Shown: positions 40,070 to 48,711 of the stretch, piece by piece | Position numbering within the stretch: position 1 is the stretch's first letter | Layout of the letters: every line of letters starts with the position of its first letter | From: Vicinamibacteria bacterium | GTDB taxonomy: Bacteria > Acidobacteriota > Vicinamibacteria > Marinacidobacterales > Marinacidobacteraceae | Reading direction: 5' to 3' | NCBI GenBank assembly: GCA_963555995.3 | Contig: OY821641.1 | Coordinates: forward strand, 2,880,001-2,944,000 | Length of the DNA: 64,000 bases | Notes under the pieces: model-generated | Told to the model about the DNA's origin: nothing | Databases searched by the model: none | Seen by the model: the letters and a program-made list of their open reading frames with translations, nothing else | Made by a program: the position numbers and the translations under genes

Positions 40070-41456
40070 GAGCTATGTCCGAAAGTGGGTGACGGCTGAG
40101 AAGGGGGTGGCGTATCGTGGGGGTTGCTGACCTTCCACATCTCCAAGGAGGAGTGATACGCCATGAAGGAGAGTACTGTTGTTCGCCTTCCCTCGCCAGA
40201 GGGGGTTGAGGACCCGCTGACGGAGGTTCTTCGAGCGGGCGCCCGCGAGTTGGTGCGGCACGCCGTGGAGGCGGAGGTGGCTGCCCTGCTGGCGGCGTAC
40301 GAGGATCATCGGACGGCAACCGGAGTTCGGCGTCTGGTGCGTCACGGCCACGGCCCGGAGCGGACGATCCTGACGGGGATCGGGCCGGTTCCGGTGCGGC
40401 GGCCGAAGGTCCGGGATCGCGGGGACAGCGGGGAGGACCGGATTCGGTTCTCGTCGAGGCTTCTGCCGCGGTTCGCGCGGCGGACGCGCTCGCTGGACGC
40501 GGCGCTGCCGACGCTGTATCTGCTGGGGGTTTCGAGCGGGGACTTCGGGGAGGCGCTGTCGGAGCTGTTGGGCTCGGGGGCATCGGGGCTGTCGCCGGGG
40601 GTGATCGGCCGGCTGAAGTCGGCATGGGAGGCGGAGCACGAGCGCTGGCGGGGGCGGGATCTCTCGGGTCGGCGGTATGTCTACGTCTGGGCGGACGGGA
40701 TCTACCTGCAGGGCCGGCTGGAAGACGAGAAGCAGTGCGTTCTGGTGCTCATCGGCGCCACCCCGGAGGGCAAGAAGGAACTGTTGGGGTTCCAGGCCGG
40801 GTTCCGGGAGAGCGCCCAGAGTTGGCGGGAGCTACTGGTGGACCTGCGTGGGCGCGGCCTCGAAGTCTCCCCGGAGCTGGCGATCGGGGATGGTGCGCTG
40901 GGCTTCTGGAAGGCGCTGGACGAGGTCTTCCCCAAGACCCGCCGGCAGCGCTGCTGGGTCCACAAGACGGCGAACGTGCTGAACAAGTTGCCCAAGTCCC
41001 GGCAACGCAACGCGAAGCAGGACCTCCACCAGATCTGGATGGCGGAGAGCCGCAAGAAGGCGGAGAAGGCGCTCGACACCTTCGCCGCCAAATACCAGGC
41101 GAAATACGGGGAAGCCGTTCGTTGCCTGACCAAGGACCAGGAGGCGCTGCTCGCGTTCTACGACTTCCCCGCCGAGCACTGGCAGCACATCCGCACCACC
41201 AACCCCATCGAGAGCGTGTTCGCCACCGTCCGCCATCGCACCGTTCGCAGCAAGGGATGCCTCTCCCACCGAACCGCGCTGGCGATGGTCTTCAAGCTGG
41301 TCACCGCCGCCAGCGAAACCTGGCGTCGGCTCAACGGCTACGACAAACTGACCCAGGTCATCGAGGGCGTCCAGTTCACCGACGGCATCCAGGCCGACGA
41401 AACCGAAACCCGCGCCGCCGCCTGATCATGCCGTCACCCACTTTCGGACATAGCTC
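40070..41456 (+). mobile_element. IS256-family insertion sequence, apparently intact
   Basis: Perfect 27-bp IRs GAGCTATGTCCGAAAGTGGGTGACGGC; flanking direct repeat TTCTCGAGAG at 40060-40069 and 41457-41466. Confidence 0.95.
40163..41425 (+). CDS. IS256 family (Mutator) DDE transposase
   Basis: YVWADG, AIGDGALG, QRCWVHK, RTTNPIES. Confidence 0.96.
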   Translation: MKESTVVRLPSPEGVEDPLTEVLRAGARELVRHAVEAEVAALLAAYEDHRTATGVRRLVRHGHGPERTILTGIGPVPVRRPKVRDRGDSGEDRIRFSSRLLPRFARRTRSLDAALPTLYLLGVSSGDFGEALSELLGSGASGLSPGVIGRLKSAWEAEHERWRGRDLSGRRYVYVWADGIYLQGRLEDEKQCVLVLIGATPEGKKELLGFQAGFRESAQSWRELLVDLRGRGLEVSPELAIGDGALGFWKALDEVFPKTRRQRCWVHKTANVLNKLPKSRQRNAKQDLHQIWMAESRKKAEKALDTFAAKYQAKYGEAVRCLTKDQEALLAFYDFPAEHWQHIRTTNPIESVFATVRHRTVRSKGCLSHRTALAMVFKLVTAASETWRRLNGYDKLTQVIEGVQFTDGIQADETETRAAA

Positions 41457-42216
41457 TTCTCGAGAGTTGGTTCATGCGGCGCATGATCTGTGGCTACCGC
41501 GCGCAGGGATACCAAGACTACCTCAGCGCGGTCCTTCGAGACGTCAAGGAACACTCCGTCGATCACGCCTCGAAGGTCGTGGCGGAGGCGCTGTCTGTCG
41601 CCGGCGCATCAGGCACCAAATGGCCGACCGACGAGGAAATACTGTCGGCTGTCCTGACTCGACCGATGTTCAGCTATTCCAGTAAGCCTAGACTCCGTTT
41701 GATTCTCGAGGCCCTTGAGGACCGGGCGCGAAACGACAGCCACGGAAAGACGGAGGACGTTCGTTGTCCAAAGGGATTGACGCTCGAACACATCATGCCG
41801 CAGACTTGGTCACACGAAGACTGGCCGTTGCCGGATTCACACGATCACAACACTAATCCCGAAGATGAGAGGGAAAGCTTGATCCATACACTAGGTAACC
41901 TAACGCTGGTCACTAACAAGCTGAATCCGGCCCTCTCAAACTCGTCGTGGAGAAACAAGAGACCCGAGCTCAGAGAGCACTCGGTCCTTTTTCTGAATCG
42001 AGAGTTAGTTGAACTCGAGTCGTGGAATGAGGACTCGATTCGCCAACGAGGTCGGAGCCTCGCGGCTCGAATATGTCGCATTTGGCCTCGAGACGAAGTC
42101 AGCGTCGACGATGTAGAGGCGTGCATAGCGGACACATTGGCATCGGCGCGAGTGAAGGACTCCTAACAGCGTAGACACGTGGTGAAGAGCCAGCTGAAGG
42201 TGAATTGGAGGTTCCT

Positions 42217-42615
42217 ATGAAGACCGTGTTGGCCCGCCACCGGGAATCGGCCTACGCGCTGCTGCGCATCGTCGTGGGCTTCTCGTTCCTCTGTCACGGC
42301 GTGGTGGCGGTCTGGTTCCTGTTCGGCGAAGGGACCCCCTACTCCCCGGCGTGGCTCTACAACACCGCCGGGATCGTCGAGTTCGTGACCGGCGCGCTGG
42401 TCCTCGTCGGCTACCGGACCCGGATCGCGGCGTTCCTCGCGTCCGGCCAGATGGCGGTCGCCTACTTCTATCGCCATCAGCCCGACGGGCTGCTCCCGAT
42501 CCAGAACGACGGCGAACTGGCGGCGCTCTACTGCTTCCTGTTCCTCTTCATCGCCGCCGCGGGTTCCGGCAAGTGGAGCATCGAGTCCTGCTGCCCGCCG
42601 GGCGGAAGGGCCTGA
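42217..42615 (+). CDS. DoxX family membrane protein
   Basis: ALLRIVVG, TRIAAFLASGQMAVAYF, PIQNDGELAALYC, GSGKWS. Confidence 0.88.
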   Translation: MKTVLARHRESAYALLRIVVGFSFLCHGVVAVWFLFGEGTPYSPAWLYNTAGIVEFVTGALVLVGYRTRIAAFLASGQMAVAYFYRHQPDGLLPIQNDGELAALYCFLFLFIAAAGSGKWSIESCCPPGGRA

Positions 42616-42639
42616 TCGGCCGAAGCCGAGCTTCTTTCG

Positions 42640-42660
42640 TGACAGCATATACGCTATCAT
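42640..42660 (+). promoter_or_regulatory. Imperfect palindrome (candidate TA operator) overlapping a -10-like TATCAT
   Basis: TGACAGC-ATATAC-GCTATCA just before the toxin GTG, suggesting a leaderless autoregulated promoter. Confidence 0.45.
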
Positions 42661-42666
42661 TCGTGA

Positions 42667-43101
42667 GTGAGGGTCGTAGTGGACACGAATGTCCTCGTCG
42701 CTGCCGTGTCCAGCCCGGACGGCGCCAGCCGCGAGGTGCTTCGGCGTTGCCTCCGTGGCGAGTACATCCCGCTACTGGGGGAGGCGCTCTTTCTGGAGTA
42801 CGAGGCCGTTCTTCGACGGAAGGAGCCGTTCGCCAAATCAATCGCGTCGCCTGAAGAGCGCCACACCCTGTGGGCAGCCATGGCAAATCGCTGCGAATGG
42901 GTCCGCGTTCACTACCTTTGGCGTCCCAACTTGCCGGACGAGGGCGACAACCACATCATGGAACTGGCGCTGGCCGGTGGCGCAGAGGCAATCGTCACTC
43001 ACAACACAGGAGACTTCCGGGGCGGCGACCTGCGTTTTCCCCAAGTGCGGGTCCTGACCCCCGCCAACTTGCTCACGGAGACCTCAAAATGGCGACAATG
43101 A
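42667..43101 (+). CDS. PIN-domain toxin (toxin-first TA pair)
   Basis: VVVDTNVLV, EYE, WRPNLPDEGDNHIMELA, IVTHNTGDF. Confidence 0.9.
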   Translation: MRVVVDTNVLVAAVSSPDGASREVLRRCLRGEYIPLLGEALFLEYEAVLRRKEPFAKSIASPEERHTLWAAMANRCEWVRVHYLWRPNLPDEGDNHIMELALAGGAEAIVTHNTGDFRGGDLRFPQVRVLTPANLLTETSKWRQ

Positions 43102-43346
43102 CCATTCGTATTCCGGACGACACCCACGCACGTATCAAGCGCCTGGCGCGCCAACGCGGAATGAGCGTGAACCGCCTCATCGAGGAATTGAGCGTGATTG
43201 CCGTAACCCAGCACGACGCCGAGGCGCGTTTCCGGGCTCTCGCAGCACGCGGATCGGCGCGGGAGGGGCTCGCGCTTCTTGAGAAGCTCGACCGCGCGTT
43301 CGGCGCCGAGCGCTCCGCAGGCCATTCCGAGGAAAGGCCGGCATGA
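43089..43346 (+). CDS. Ribbon-helix-helix antitoxin
   Basis: MATMTIRIPDDTHARIKRLARQRGMSVNRLIEE; overlaps the PIN gene. Confidence 0.85.
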   Translation: MATMTIRIPDDTHARIKRLARQRGMSVNRLIEELSVIAVTQHDAEARFRALAARGSAREGLALLEKLDRAFGAERSAGHSEERPA

Positions 43347-43912
43347 CCCGCGACGAGGCCTGGGCGCACCTGACGACCTGGTGCGAAACGGAATCGCTCC
43401 GCAACCACGCGCGCTCGGTGGAGATCGTCATGCGCGCGGCCGCCGGCCGCTACGGCGGACCGGATGCGGACGCCGAGGTGTGGGGCATTGCCGGGATGCT
43501 CCACGACGCCGACTACGAGAAGTGGCCGGAGGACCATCCGAACCGGATCGTGGCCTGGCTCCGGGAGCGCGGGGAGGAGGAAATCGCCTACGCGATCTCC
43601 GGCCACTACACGAAATGGGGCGTCGAGTGGAAGTCGCCGATGGACAGGGCGCTCCTCGCCTGCGACGAGCTCACCGGGTTCATCGTCGCCTGCTGCCTGG
43701 TGCGGCCCGAGGGGATCTCGACCCTGGGCGCCCGCAGCGTCAGGAAGAAGCTGAAGGACAAACGGTTCGCGGCGAAGGTGGAACGGCACGAGTGCCGCGT
43801 GGGCGCCGAGCTCCTCGGCGTGGACCTCGGCGAGCACATCGAGTTCATCGTGAGCGTGCTGAAGCCCCACGCCGGGGAACTCGGGATCACCGGCCGCCGG
43901 CTGGATTCCTGA
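43343..43912 (+). CDS. HD-domain hydrolase
   Basis: LRNH, GMLHDADYE, HP, AISGH, LLACDELTG. Confidence 0.85.
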   Translation: MTRDEAWAHLTTWCETESLRNHARSVEIVMRAAAGRYGGPDADAEVWGIAGMLHDADYEKWPEDHPNRIVAWLRERGEEEIAYAISGHYTKWGVEWKSPMDRALLACDELTGFIVACCLVRPEGISTLGARSVRKKLKDKRFAAKVERHECRVGAELLGVDLGEHIEFIVSVLKPHAGELGITGRRLDS

Positions 43913-43943
43913 GAGCGAAAACGGACCGGCCAACCGAGCGCAT

Positions 43944-44293
43944 TAGTGACAGGAGCTCCCCGCCAAGAGATGGCGTTAGTGACAGGAGCTCCGGCCAACC
44001 GATCGCTCTAGTGACAGGAGCTCGACGGGGCAAACCGGGCGAAAGTCGTCCGAAAAACCGGATTTCGGGTCGCCTGGCCGGATTAGTGACAGGAGCTCCA
44101 CCGCCGAGACGGCGTTAGTGACAGGAGCTCGGCCGCCACCGGCGTGATTAGTGACGGTAGCTCCACCACCGAGACCGCGCTAGTGACAGGAGCTCACCGC
44201 GGAATTGCCGGATTAGTGACAGGAGCTGGACCTCCCGGCGCCGGTATAGTCGCAGGAGCTCGGCGTAACCGAAGCGAATAGTGACAGGAGCTC
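43944..44293. repeat. Array of ten 15-bp direct repeats TAGTGACAGGAGCTC with 17-18 bp variable spacers (one 60-bp spacer)
   Basis: Starts at 43944, 43977, 44009, 44084, 44116, 44149, 44181, 44214, 44247 and 44279. Confidence 0.95.
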
Positions 44294-44326
44294 CGGCAGC
44301 GCGTCCGGCAGTCATTCCCCGTCATC

Positions 44327-45367
44327 GTGGCCATCCTGGACCTGCGGCAATCGCCCCCTTCGGAAGCTCCCGGCGGAGACACCGCCACCACCGGAGAGGT
44401 CGAATCCGTTCGCGAAATGATCGAGTCCGGGGAGCCTCCCGGTCTCGACCGCATCCGGCGGTTCGTGCTGAAGCCGCGCCCGCGGCTCTGGAGATTCGGC
44501 GTCGGGATCTGGCTCTGGATGGTGCGGATCGCCGAGTGGTTCGTGCGCTTTTTCCGGTGGACTGGAGACCTGGCCGTGCGGCTCGCCCGCGCCGCGAGGC
44601 TCGCCGCGTTCCTCGGGCGGCGGACCCAGAACCTCGGGGCGCGGGTCGGCGCCGTCGGCCGGAACTGGAGTTCGGCGGAAGGCCGGCTCGGAGCGGCGGG
44701 TGGGTGGCTGGAGCGATGCGGCGCGCGTCTCGTCGGGGGAGGCGCGAACCTCGCCCAGGTCGGGGACGGCGTGACCGAACTGACGACCCGGGCGGCCCGG
44801 TTCCTGGCCGGCGCTCCCGACGCCGGCAGCGGAAAGCCGCACCCGGCGAACGCCCCTCCGACGGCGACGCCGCCCCCGCCCCGGTCGAGGCGAGGCAGGC
44901 GGCGGGCCACGGACGTCGCGGCGGGTCCGCAGCCGTCCCCCGCGGAGCGCGGCCCGCTTCCGGCCGCCAATGTGGAGGACTCCCCGAAGACCGTCCCGGC
45001 GCCCCCGGTTGTCACGAGCGCGCCGCAGCCCCCGCCCGGCGACCCCCGTCCGTCGGCCGCCGCCGCCGATCCGCCGCCCCTGCCCGACGACCTGCCGTTC
45101 TACCTCCGGAACCAGATCGAACACCTCGGCCAGCGACCGCGCCGGGAAACGGTCGAGAAGCTCATTCTGGCGTTGACCGAAGATCGGGGCTGGCTGGAGC
45201 CGGTCCAGCTCGCGGCGTGGCTCGGCATGACGGTGCCGTATCTGTCGCGGCGGTATCTCGGTCCCATGACGGAGGCCGGCCAACTCGTGCGCCGCTATCC
45301 GAACCGGCCCACGCACCCGGATCAGGCCTATCGTTCGGCGCTCGGCGGCGCGGCCCCGCACCCGTGA
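44327..45367 (+). CDS. Hypothetical protein: amphipathic/hydrophobic N-region, Pro-rich linker, C-terminal winged-helix-like domain
   Basis: WRFGVGIWLWMVRIAEWFVRFFRW; C-terminal LAAWLGMTVPYLSRRYLGPMTEAGQLVRRYPNRPTHPDQAYR resembles the wHTH tail of Fic and AlbA-2/HATPase regulators. Confidence 0.7.
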   Translation: MAILDLRQSPPSEAPGGDTATTGEVESVREMIESGEPPGLDRIRRFVLKPRPRLWRFGVGIWLWMVRIAEWFVRFFRWTGDLAVRLARAARLAAFLGRRTQNLGARVGAVGRNWSSAEGRLGAAGGWLERCGARLVGGGANLAQVGDGVTELTTRAARFLAGAPDAGSGKPHPANAPPTATPPPPRSRRGRRRATDVAAGPQPSPAERGPLPAANVEDSPKTVPAPPVVTSAPQPPPGDPRPSAAAADPPPLPDDLPFYLRNQIEHLGQRPRRETVEKLILALTEDRGWLEPVQLAAWLGMTVPYLSRRYLGPMTEAGQLVRRYPNRPTHPDQAYRSALGGAAPHP

Positions 45368-45380
45368 CCGCTCCCGATCC

Positions 45381-45411
45381 GTCCAACACTACAGACAAAC
45401 TACAATTGGAC
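45381..45411 (+). promoter_or_regulatory. Candidate vapBC promoter/operator
   Basis: GTCCAA...TTGGAC inverted repeat enclosing two ACTACA copies and a TACAAT -10. Confidence 0.45.
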
Positions 45412-45427
45412 GCATCGAGGACTTCCC

Positions 45428-45724
45428 ATGGCGATCAACCTGACCCACCGGCCCGATCTGGAACACCGGATCGAACGGCTGGCCTCGCGGTTCGGAATGA
45501 ACGGGCGGGGGCGCAAGACGGCGGTGATCGAGCGGGCGCTCACGGCACTCGAGGCGCAGAACGCGCCGATGTCTCCGGAAGAGATACAGGCGTCGCTCGC
45601 TCAATTCACGCATGGCGACCAGATCGCCGCGGAACTTGCGGACGATCCTGAACTCGATCACAGCAAGCCCCTGTCCCAAGCGCTTCAGGACGTCCTGTAC
45701 GACGAATACGGCCTACCCAAGTGA
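45428..45724 (+). CDS. vapB: VapB-type antitoxin
   Basis: MAINL...KTAVIERAL...LYDEYGLPK; overlaps vapC. Confidence 0.8.
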   Translation: MAINLTHRPDLEHRIERLASRFGMNGRGRKTAVIERALTALEAQNAPMSPEEIQASLAQFTHGDQIAAELADDPELDHSKPLSQALQDVLYDEYGLPK

Positions 45725-46116
45725 TCGTCCTGGACACGTCTGCCGTGGTGGCGATCGTGCGGGAGGAACCGGAGCGGGATCGTTTCCGGGAGGAGATAGA
45801 GCGTGCCGGCGTGGTCCTGGTGTCCGCTGGAAGTTGCATCGAGCTCGCCGCCGTCGCGGGCCGCTCGGACAGGCTCCGGACAGATGTCGCCAGGTTCCTC
45901 CAACAGCCGTTCGTCAGGATCGAACCGGTCACGATGGCCCAGGCCGAGATGGCGGCGGACGCATTCGAGGCGTGGGGCAAGGGCCACCATCCGGCGGGCC
46001 TGAACCTCGGGGACATGTTCGCCTATCTGCTGGCGCGGGAACGGGACCTCCCGCTGCTGTTCAAGGGAAACGACTTCGCCCGGACGGACGTAAGGAACGC
46101 ACTCGAAGACGAGTGA
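45721..46116 (+). CDS. vapC: VapC PIN toxin
   Basis: MIVLDTSAVVAI, GKGHHPAGLNLGD, LLFKGNDF. Confidence 0.92.
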   Translation: MIVLDTSAVVAIVREEPERDRFREEIERAGVVLVSAGSCIELAAVAGRSDRLRTDVARFLQQPFVRIEPVTMAQAEMAADAFEAWGKGHHPAGLNLGDMFAYLLARERDLPLLFKGNDFARTDVRNALEDE

Positions 46117-46132
46117 CGGAACGGAGGACCGG

Positions 46133-46618
46133 ATGCGCACGTCGCGATGGATCGCCGCCGCCATGGCGGCCGGCATGGCTCTGGGAGGGGTAGCGATGAC
46201 GAAGGGACAACCGGCTCACGACGCGGTCTCGCGTCACCTGGTGGCGGAAGCGATGCTGGCAGCCCACTTCGTGGACGCCGCGGTCAGGGCGGGGATGGAC
46301 CGGGCCGCGATCAACGCGGTGCTGAGCCGCATCGCGGACGAAACCGTCATCTCCGAGTTCTGGGTGAGCGACGAGAACGGCGAGATCGCGTTCACCAACG
46401 TCGAGGGCGCGAACTTCGCGTTTCCCACCGATCCGTCGGCGGACTCCCAGGCGGCCCCGTTCGCGGCGCTCCTGACCGGGGACCGGACCGTCGTGGTGCA
46501 GGAACCGGGGCCGCGCGTGCTCGACGGGGCGGTCTTCCAATACGTCGGCGTCGCCGGGGTGGATCAGACCCGGATCGTCCAGGTCGGACTGTCGGCGGCG
46601 GAACTCGACGAGCCCTGA
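46133..46618 (+). CDS. Exported protein, stand-alone Cache/PAS-like sensor domain
   Basis: Signal peptide; EFWVSDENG...FQYVGVAGVDQTRIVQVG pattern resembles extracellular sensor domains. Confidence 0.6.
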   Translation: MRTSRWIAAAMAAGMALGGVAMTKGQPAHDAVSRHLVAEAMLAAHFVDAAVRAGMDRAAINAVLSRIADETVISEFWVSDENGEIAFTNVEGANFAFPTDPSADSQAAPFAALLTGDRTVVVQEPGPRVLDGAVFQYVGVAGVDQTRIVQVGLSAAELDEP

Positions 46619-46632
46619 CGGCGGGGCCGGCA

Positions 46633-46658
46633 GGGACCGCCGACCTCCAGGTCGGCAC
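46633..46658. repeat. Family B REP variant
   Basis: GGGACCGCCGACCTCCAGGTCGGCAC. Confidence 0.65.
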
Positions 46659-46730
46659 TGCTGCGCGCAGCCCGGCGAAGTGTCTGTTTCGCTCGTGCCT
46701 GAGGGACGCACCCCAGAAGGAGGGATCGGG

Positions 46731-46787
46731 ATGCGCCAAACCCGATGGATTGCCGCCGCGATGGCGGGCGGCATGGCTCTGGGAGGA
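46731..46787 (+). pseudogene. Truncated 5' fragment of a paralog of 46133-46618
   Basis: MRQTRWIAAAMAGGMALGG versus MRTSRWIAAAMAAGMALGG, with its own RBS; similarity stops abruptly. Confidence 0.75.
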
Positions 46788-48595
46788 CCGTGGACCCGAG
46801 TGACCAGCTTTTGGGCGTTTCCGACGGCCCTTCTTTCGCTTCGGAGTGCTGAGAAGGACGCGCGCGATCCGCTCGATGTTCTCCTCGGTCAGCTCCCGTT
46901 CGATAGGGACTTCGGGCGGAGGGAGGCGCTTCTCGGTCACCACGGACCGAGAACTACCGCAACTCGAACATCCCGTATCATCGGGTCTGCAACAATCAGC
47001 GAGCGCCCGCCGCCTGACTGCGGGACGCTCATCCTCTCTCGTCTTGCCGGGATTTCTTCCTCGCCCTCAGTATCGCCATGACGTTCAGAGCGTGTAGCGG
47101 CCCCGAGTGAACGCCAACACCCTCTACTACGGAGACTGCCTCGACTGGATGAGGCAATGGCCGGATCAGTCCGTGGACCTGATCTACCTCGACCCGCCGT
47201 TCAACTCCAACGCCGACTACAACATGCTCTATTCGAGCGCGGCCGGGGCGGCTCAGTACCGAGCCTTCAATGACACCTGGTATTGGGACGAAGGGGCCGC
47301 GGAGCGGTATGAGGTCTATCAGGGCGCACCAGGACGGCCTGCTCGTAGCGCCGTGATGGGGATGGCTCAGATCTTCGGGCGCTCGGGAATGCTCGCCTAC
47401 CTGACCTATATGGCGGAGCGGCTAGAGCAGATGCACCGGCTCCTGCGGCCTACCGGGAGCATCTACCTCCACTGCGACCCGACCGCGAGCCACGGGCTGA
47501 AGCTCCTCATGGACTCCATTTTCGGGAGTCGCAGTTTCCGGAACGAAATCGTTTGGTGCTACACGGGTCCGGGATCGCCCGGACAACGGCAGTTCAGCCG
47601 AAAGCACGACACGATCTTCTGGTACTCAAAATCGGACCATTGGTGCTTCAACGCGGACGCGGTAAGGGTTCGGCATCACACCAAGACGAAAGCCAATTTC
47701 AAGGACGGTCTTCGAGGGTCGGGGTTCGTAGCCGATACATACGACCTGGATTCCGGGGGGAAGATCCCGGAATCATGGTGGGCACAGCAAAAGGGAAACG
47801 GCTTGGCTATTGCCGCCCGGCAAAAGAGGCAGTATCTCGGGTATCCGACTCAGAAACCCGTCGCGCTCTTGGAGCGAATCATCCGGGCGAGTTCCAATCC
47901 GGGCGATCTTGTCCTCGATCCGTTCTGTGGGTGCGGAACTGCGATTGAGGCCGCTCACAGACTCAACCGTCGGTGGATCGGGGTAGACATTTCCTCATTT
48001 GCTATCGACCTCATCCGGCGCGAGCGGATGAAGGGCATGAAGATTCCGACCAAGGGAATCCCGCAAGATGTGGATTCCGCCCGAAAAATGGCCCGCGAGC
48101 AGCCCTTCGCCTTCGAGTCATGGGCCGTGACCCGGCTCCCCGGCTTTGCCCCGAACACGAAACAGGTAGCAGACGGCGGAGTAGATGGCCGGGGGATGCT
48201 CGTGGAGAAGCCTGAGGACTTCAATTCCCGGCTGGCGCTTGCTCAGGTGAAGGGCGGGAAGTTCAGCCTTTCGGGACTCCGGGACTTCATCGGAGTAACG
48301 AAGCGGGACGAAGCGGCGCTCGGGTGCTATGTCACGCTCGACCCCGTGAATACGCCAGCAGCGAGAGCGGAGGTCGCGGGACTCGGGAAGATCAGGGTTG
48401 CCGGGCGGGAGTTCCGGCGGATGAGCCTTTGGCCTGTCTCCGACTACTTCGACGGACGGCTCCCGATCCTCCCGAGCATGACGGACCCGTATACAGGGCG
48501 GCCGATGGCCCCGTCGCTGTTCCGCTAGGCCGTCAGGTCGGCGTAGGTGAAGCGCTTCCCCGCCATCCCTCCGTTCGCGGTAGATGGTCCATGGC
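46788..48595 (-). mobile_element. Decayed IS1595-like element carrying a passenger MTase (boundaries uncertain)
   Basis: Minus strand 48525-48566 encodes MAGKRFTYADLTA*, like an IS1595 transposase C-terminus; a small basic ORF (TEENIERIARVLLSTPKRKK) lies at the other end; no clear IRs. Confidence 0.5.
47107..48528 (+). CDS. Beta-class N6/N4 DNA methyltransferase fused to an Mrr-like endonuclease domain
   Basis: YLDPPF, YPTQKP, DPFCGCGT; C-terminal ADGGVDG...AQVKGG. Confidence 0.9.
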   Translation: MNANTLYYGDCLDWMRQWPDQSVDLIYLDPPFNSNADYNMLYSSAAGAAQYRAFNDTWYWDEGAAERYEVYQGAPGRPARSAVMGMAQIFGRSGMLAYLTYMAERLEQMHRLLRPTGSIYLHCDPTASHGLKLLMDSIFGSRSFRNEIVWCYTGPGSPGQRQFSRKHDTIFWYSKSDHWCFNADAVRVRHHTKTKANFKDGLRGSGFVADTYDLDSGGKIPESWWAQQKGNGLAIAARQKRQYLGYPTQKPVALLERIIRASSNPGDLVLDPFCGCGTAIEAAHRLNRRWIGVDISSFAIDLIRRERMKGMKIPTKGIPQDVDSARKMAREQPFAFESWAVTRLPGFAPNTKQVADGGVDGRGMLVEKPEDFNSRLALAQVKGGKFSLSGLRDFIGVTKRDEAALGCYVTLDPVNTPAARAEVAGLGKIRVAGREFRRMSLWPVSDYFDGRLPILPSMTDPYTGRPMAPSLFR

Positions 48596-48711
48596 GGCGG
48601 TCCCTACCGCCAGGCCAAGACGACCGTAGGCTAAACCGCGTGAAGACTCGCGGCTCTTGAAGCGCGGTCGCTTGGCCATACCGGTCTACGACAGGCGCTC
48701 CTTCCTTCCCC

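Larger units (their letters stand above)
38922..42166 (+). pseudogene. GmrSD-type (DUF262 plus DUF1524/HNH) type IV restriction enzyme interrupted by IS256
   Basis: VPLYQRSYVW, IDGQQRLTT and IFETLNARG in the 5' part; LEHIMPQ and LGNLTLV...N in the 3' part; removing the IS restores ...RLLESWFMRRMICG in frame. Confidence 0.9.

Noticed and set aside
38922-40130. 402-aa ORF as a complete stand-alone DUF262 protein
   Set aside because: Its last residues (RSYVRKWVTAEKGVAYRGGC) are read-through into the IS256 left end; the true continuation resumes after 41466.
43944-44293. CRISPR or TIGR array interpretation of the 15-bp repeat array
   Set aside because: Repeats (15 bp) and spacers (17-18 bp) are too short for CRISPR, the spacers are related to each other, and there are no cas genes. 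There is no alternating dual-repeat pattern and no recognisable Nop-domain gene nearby.
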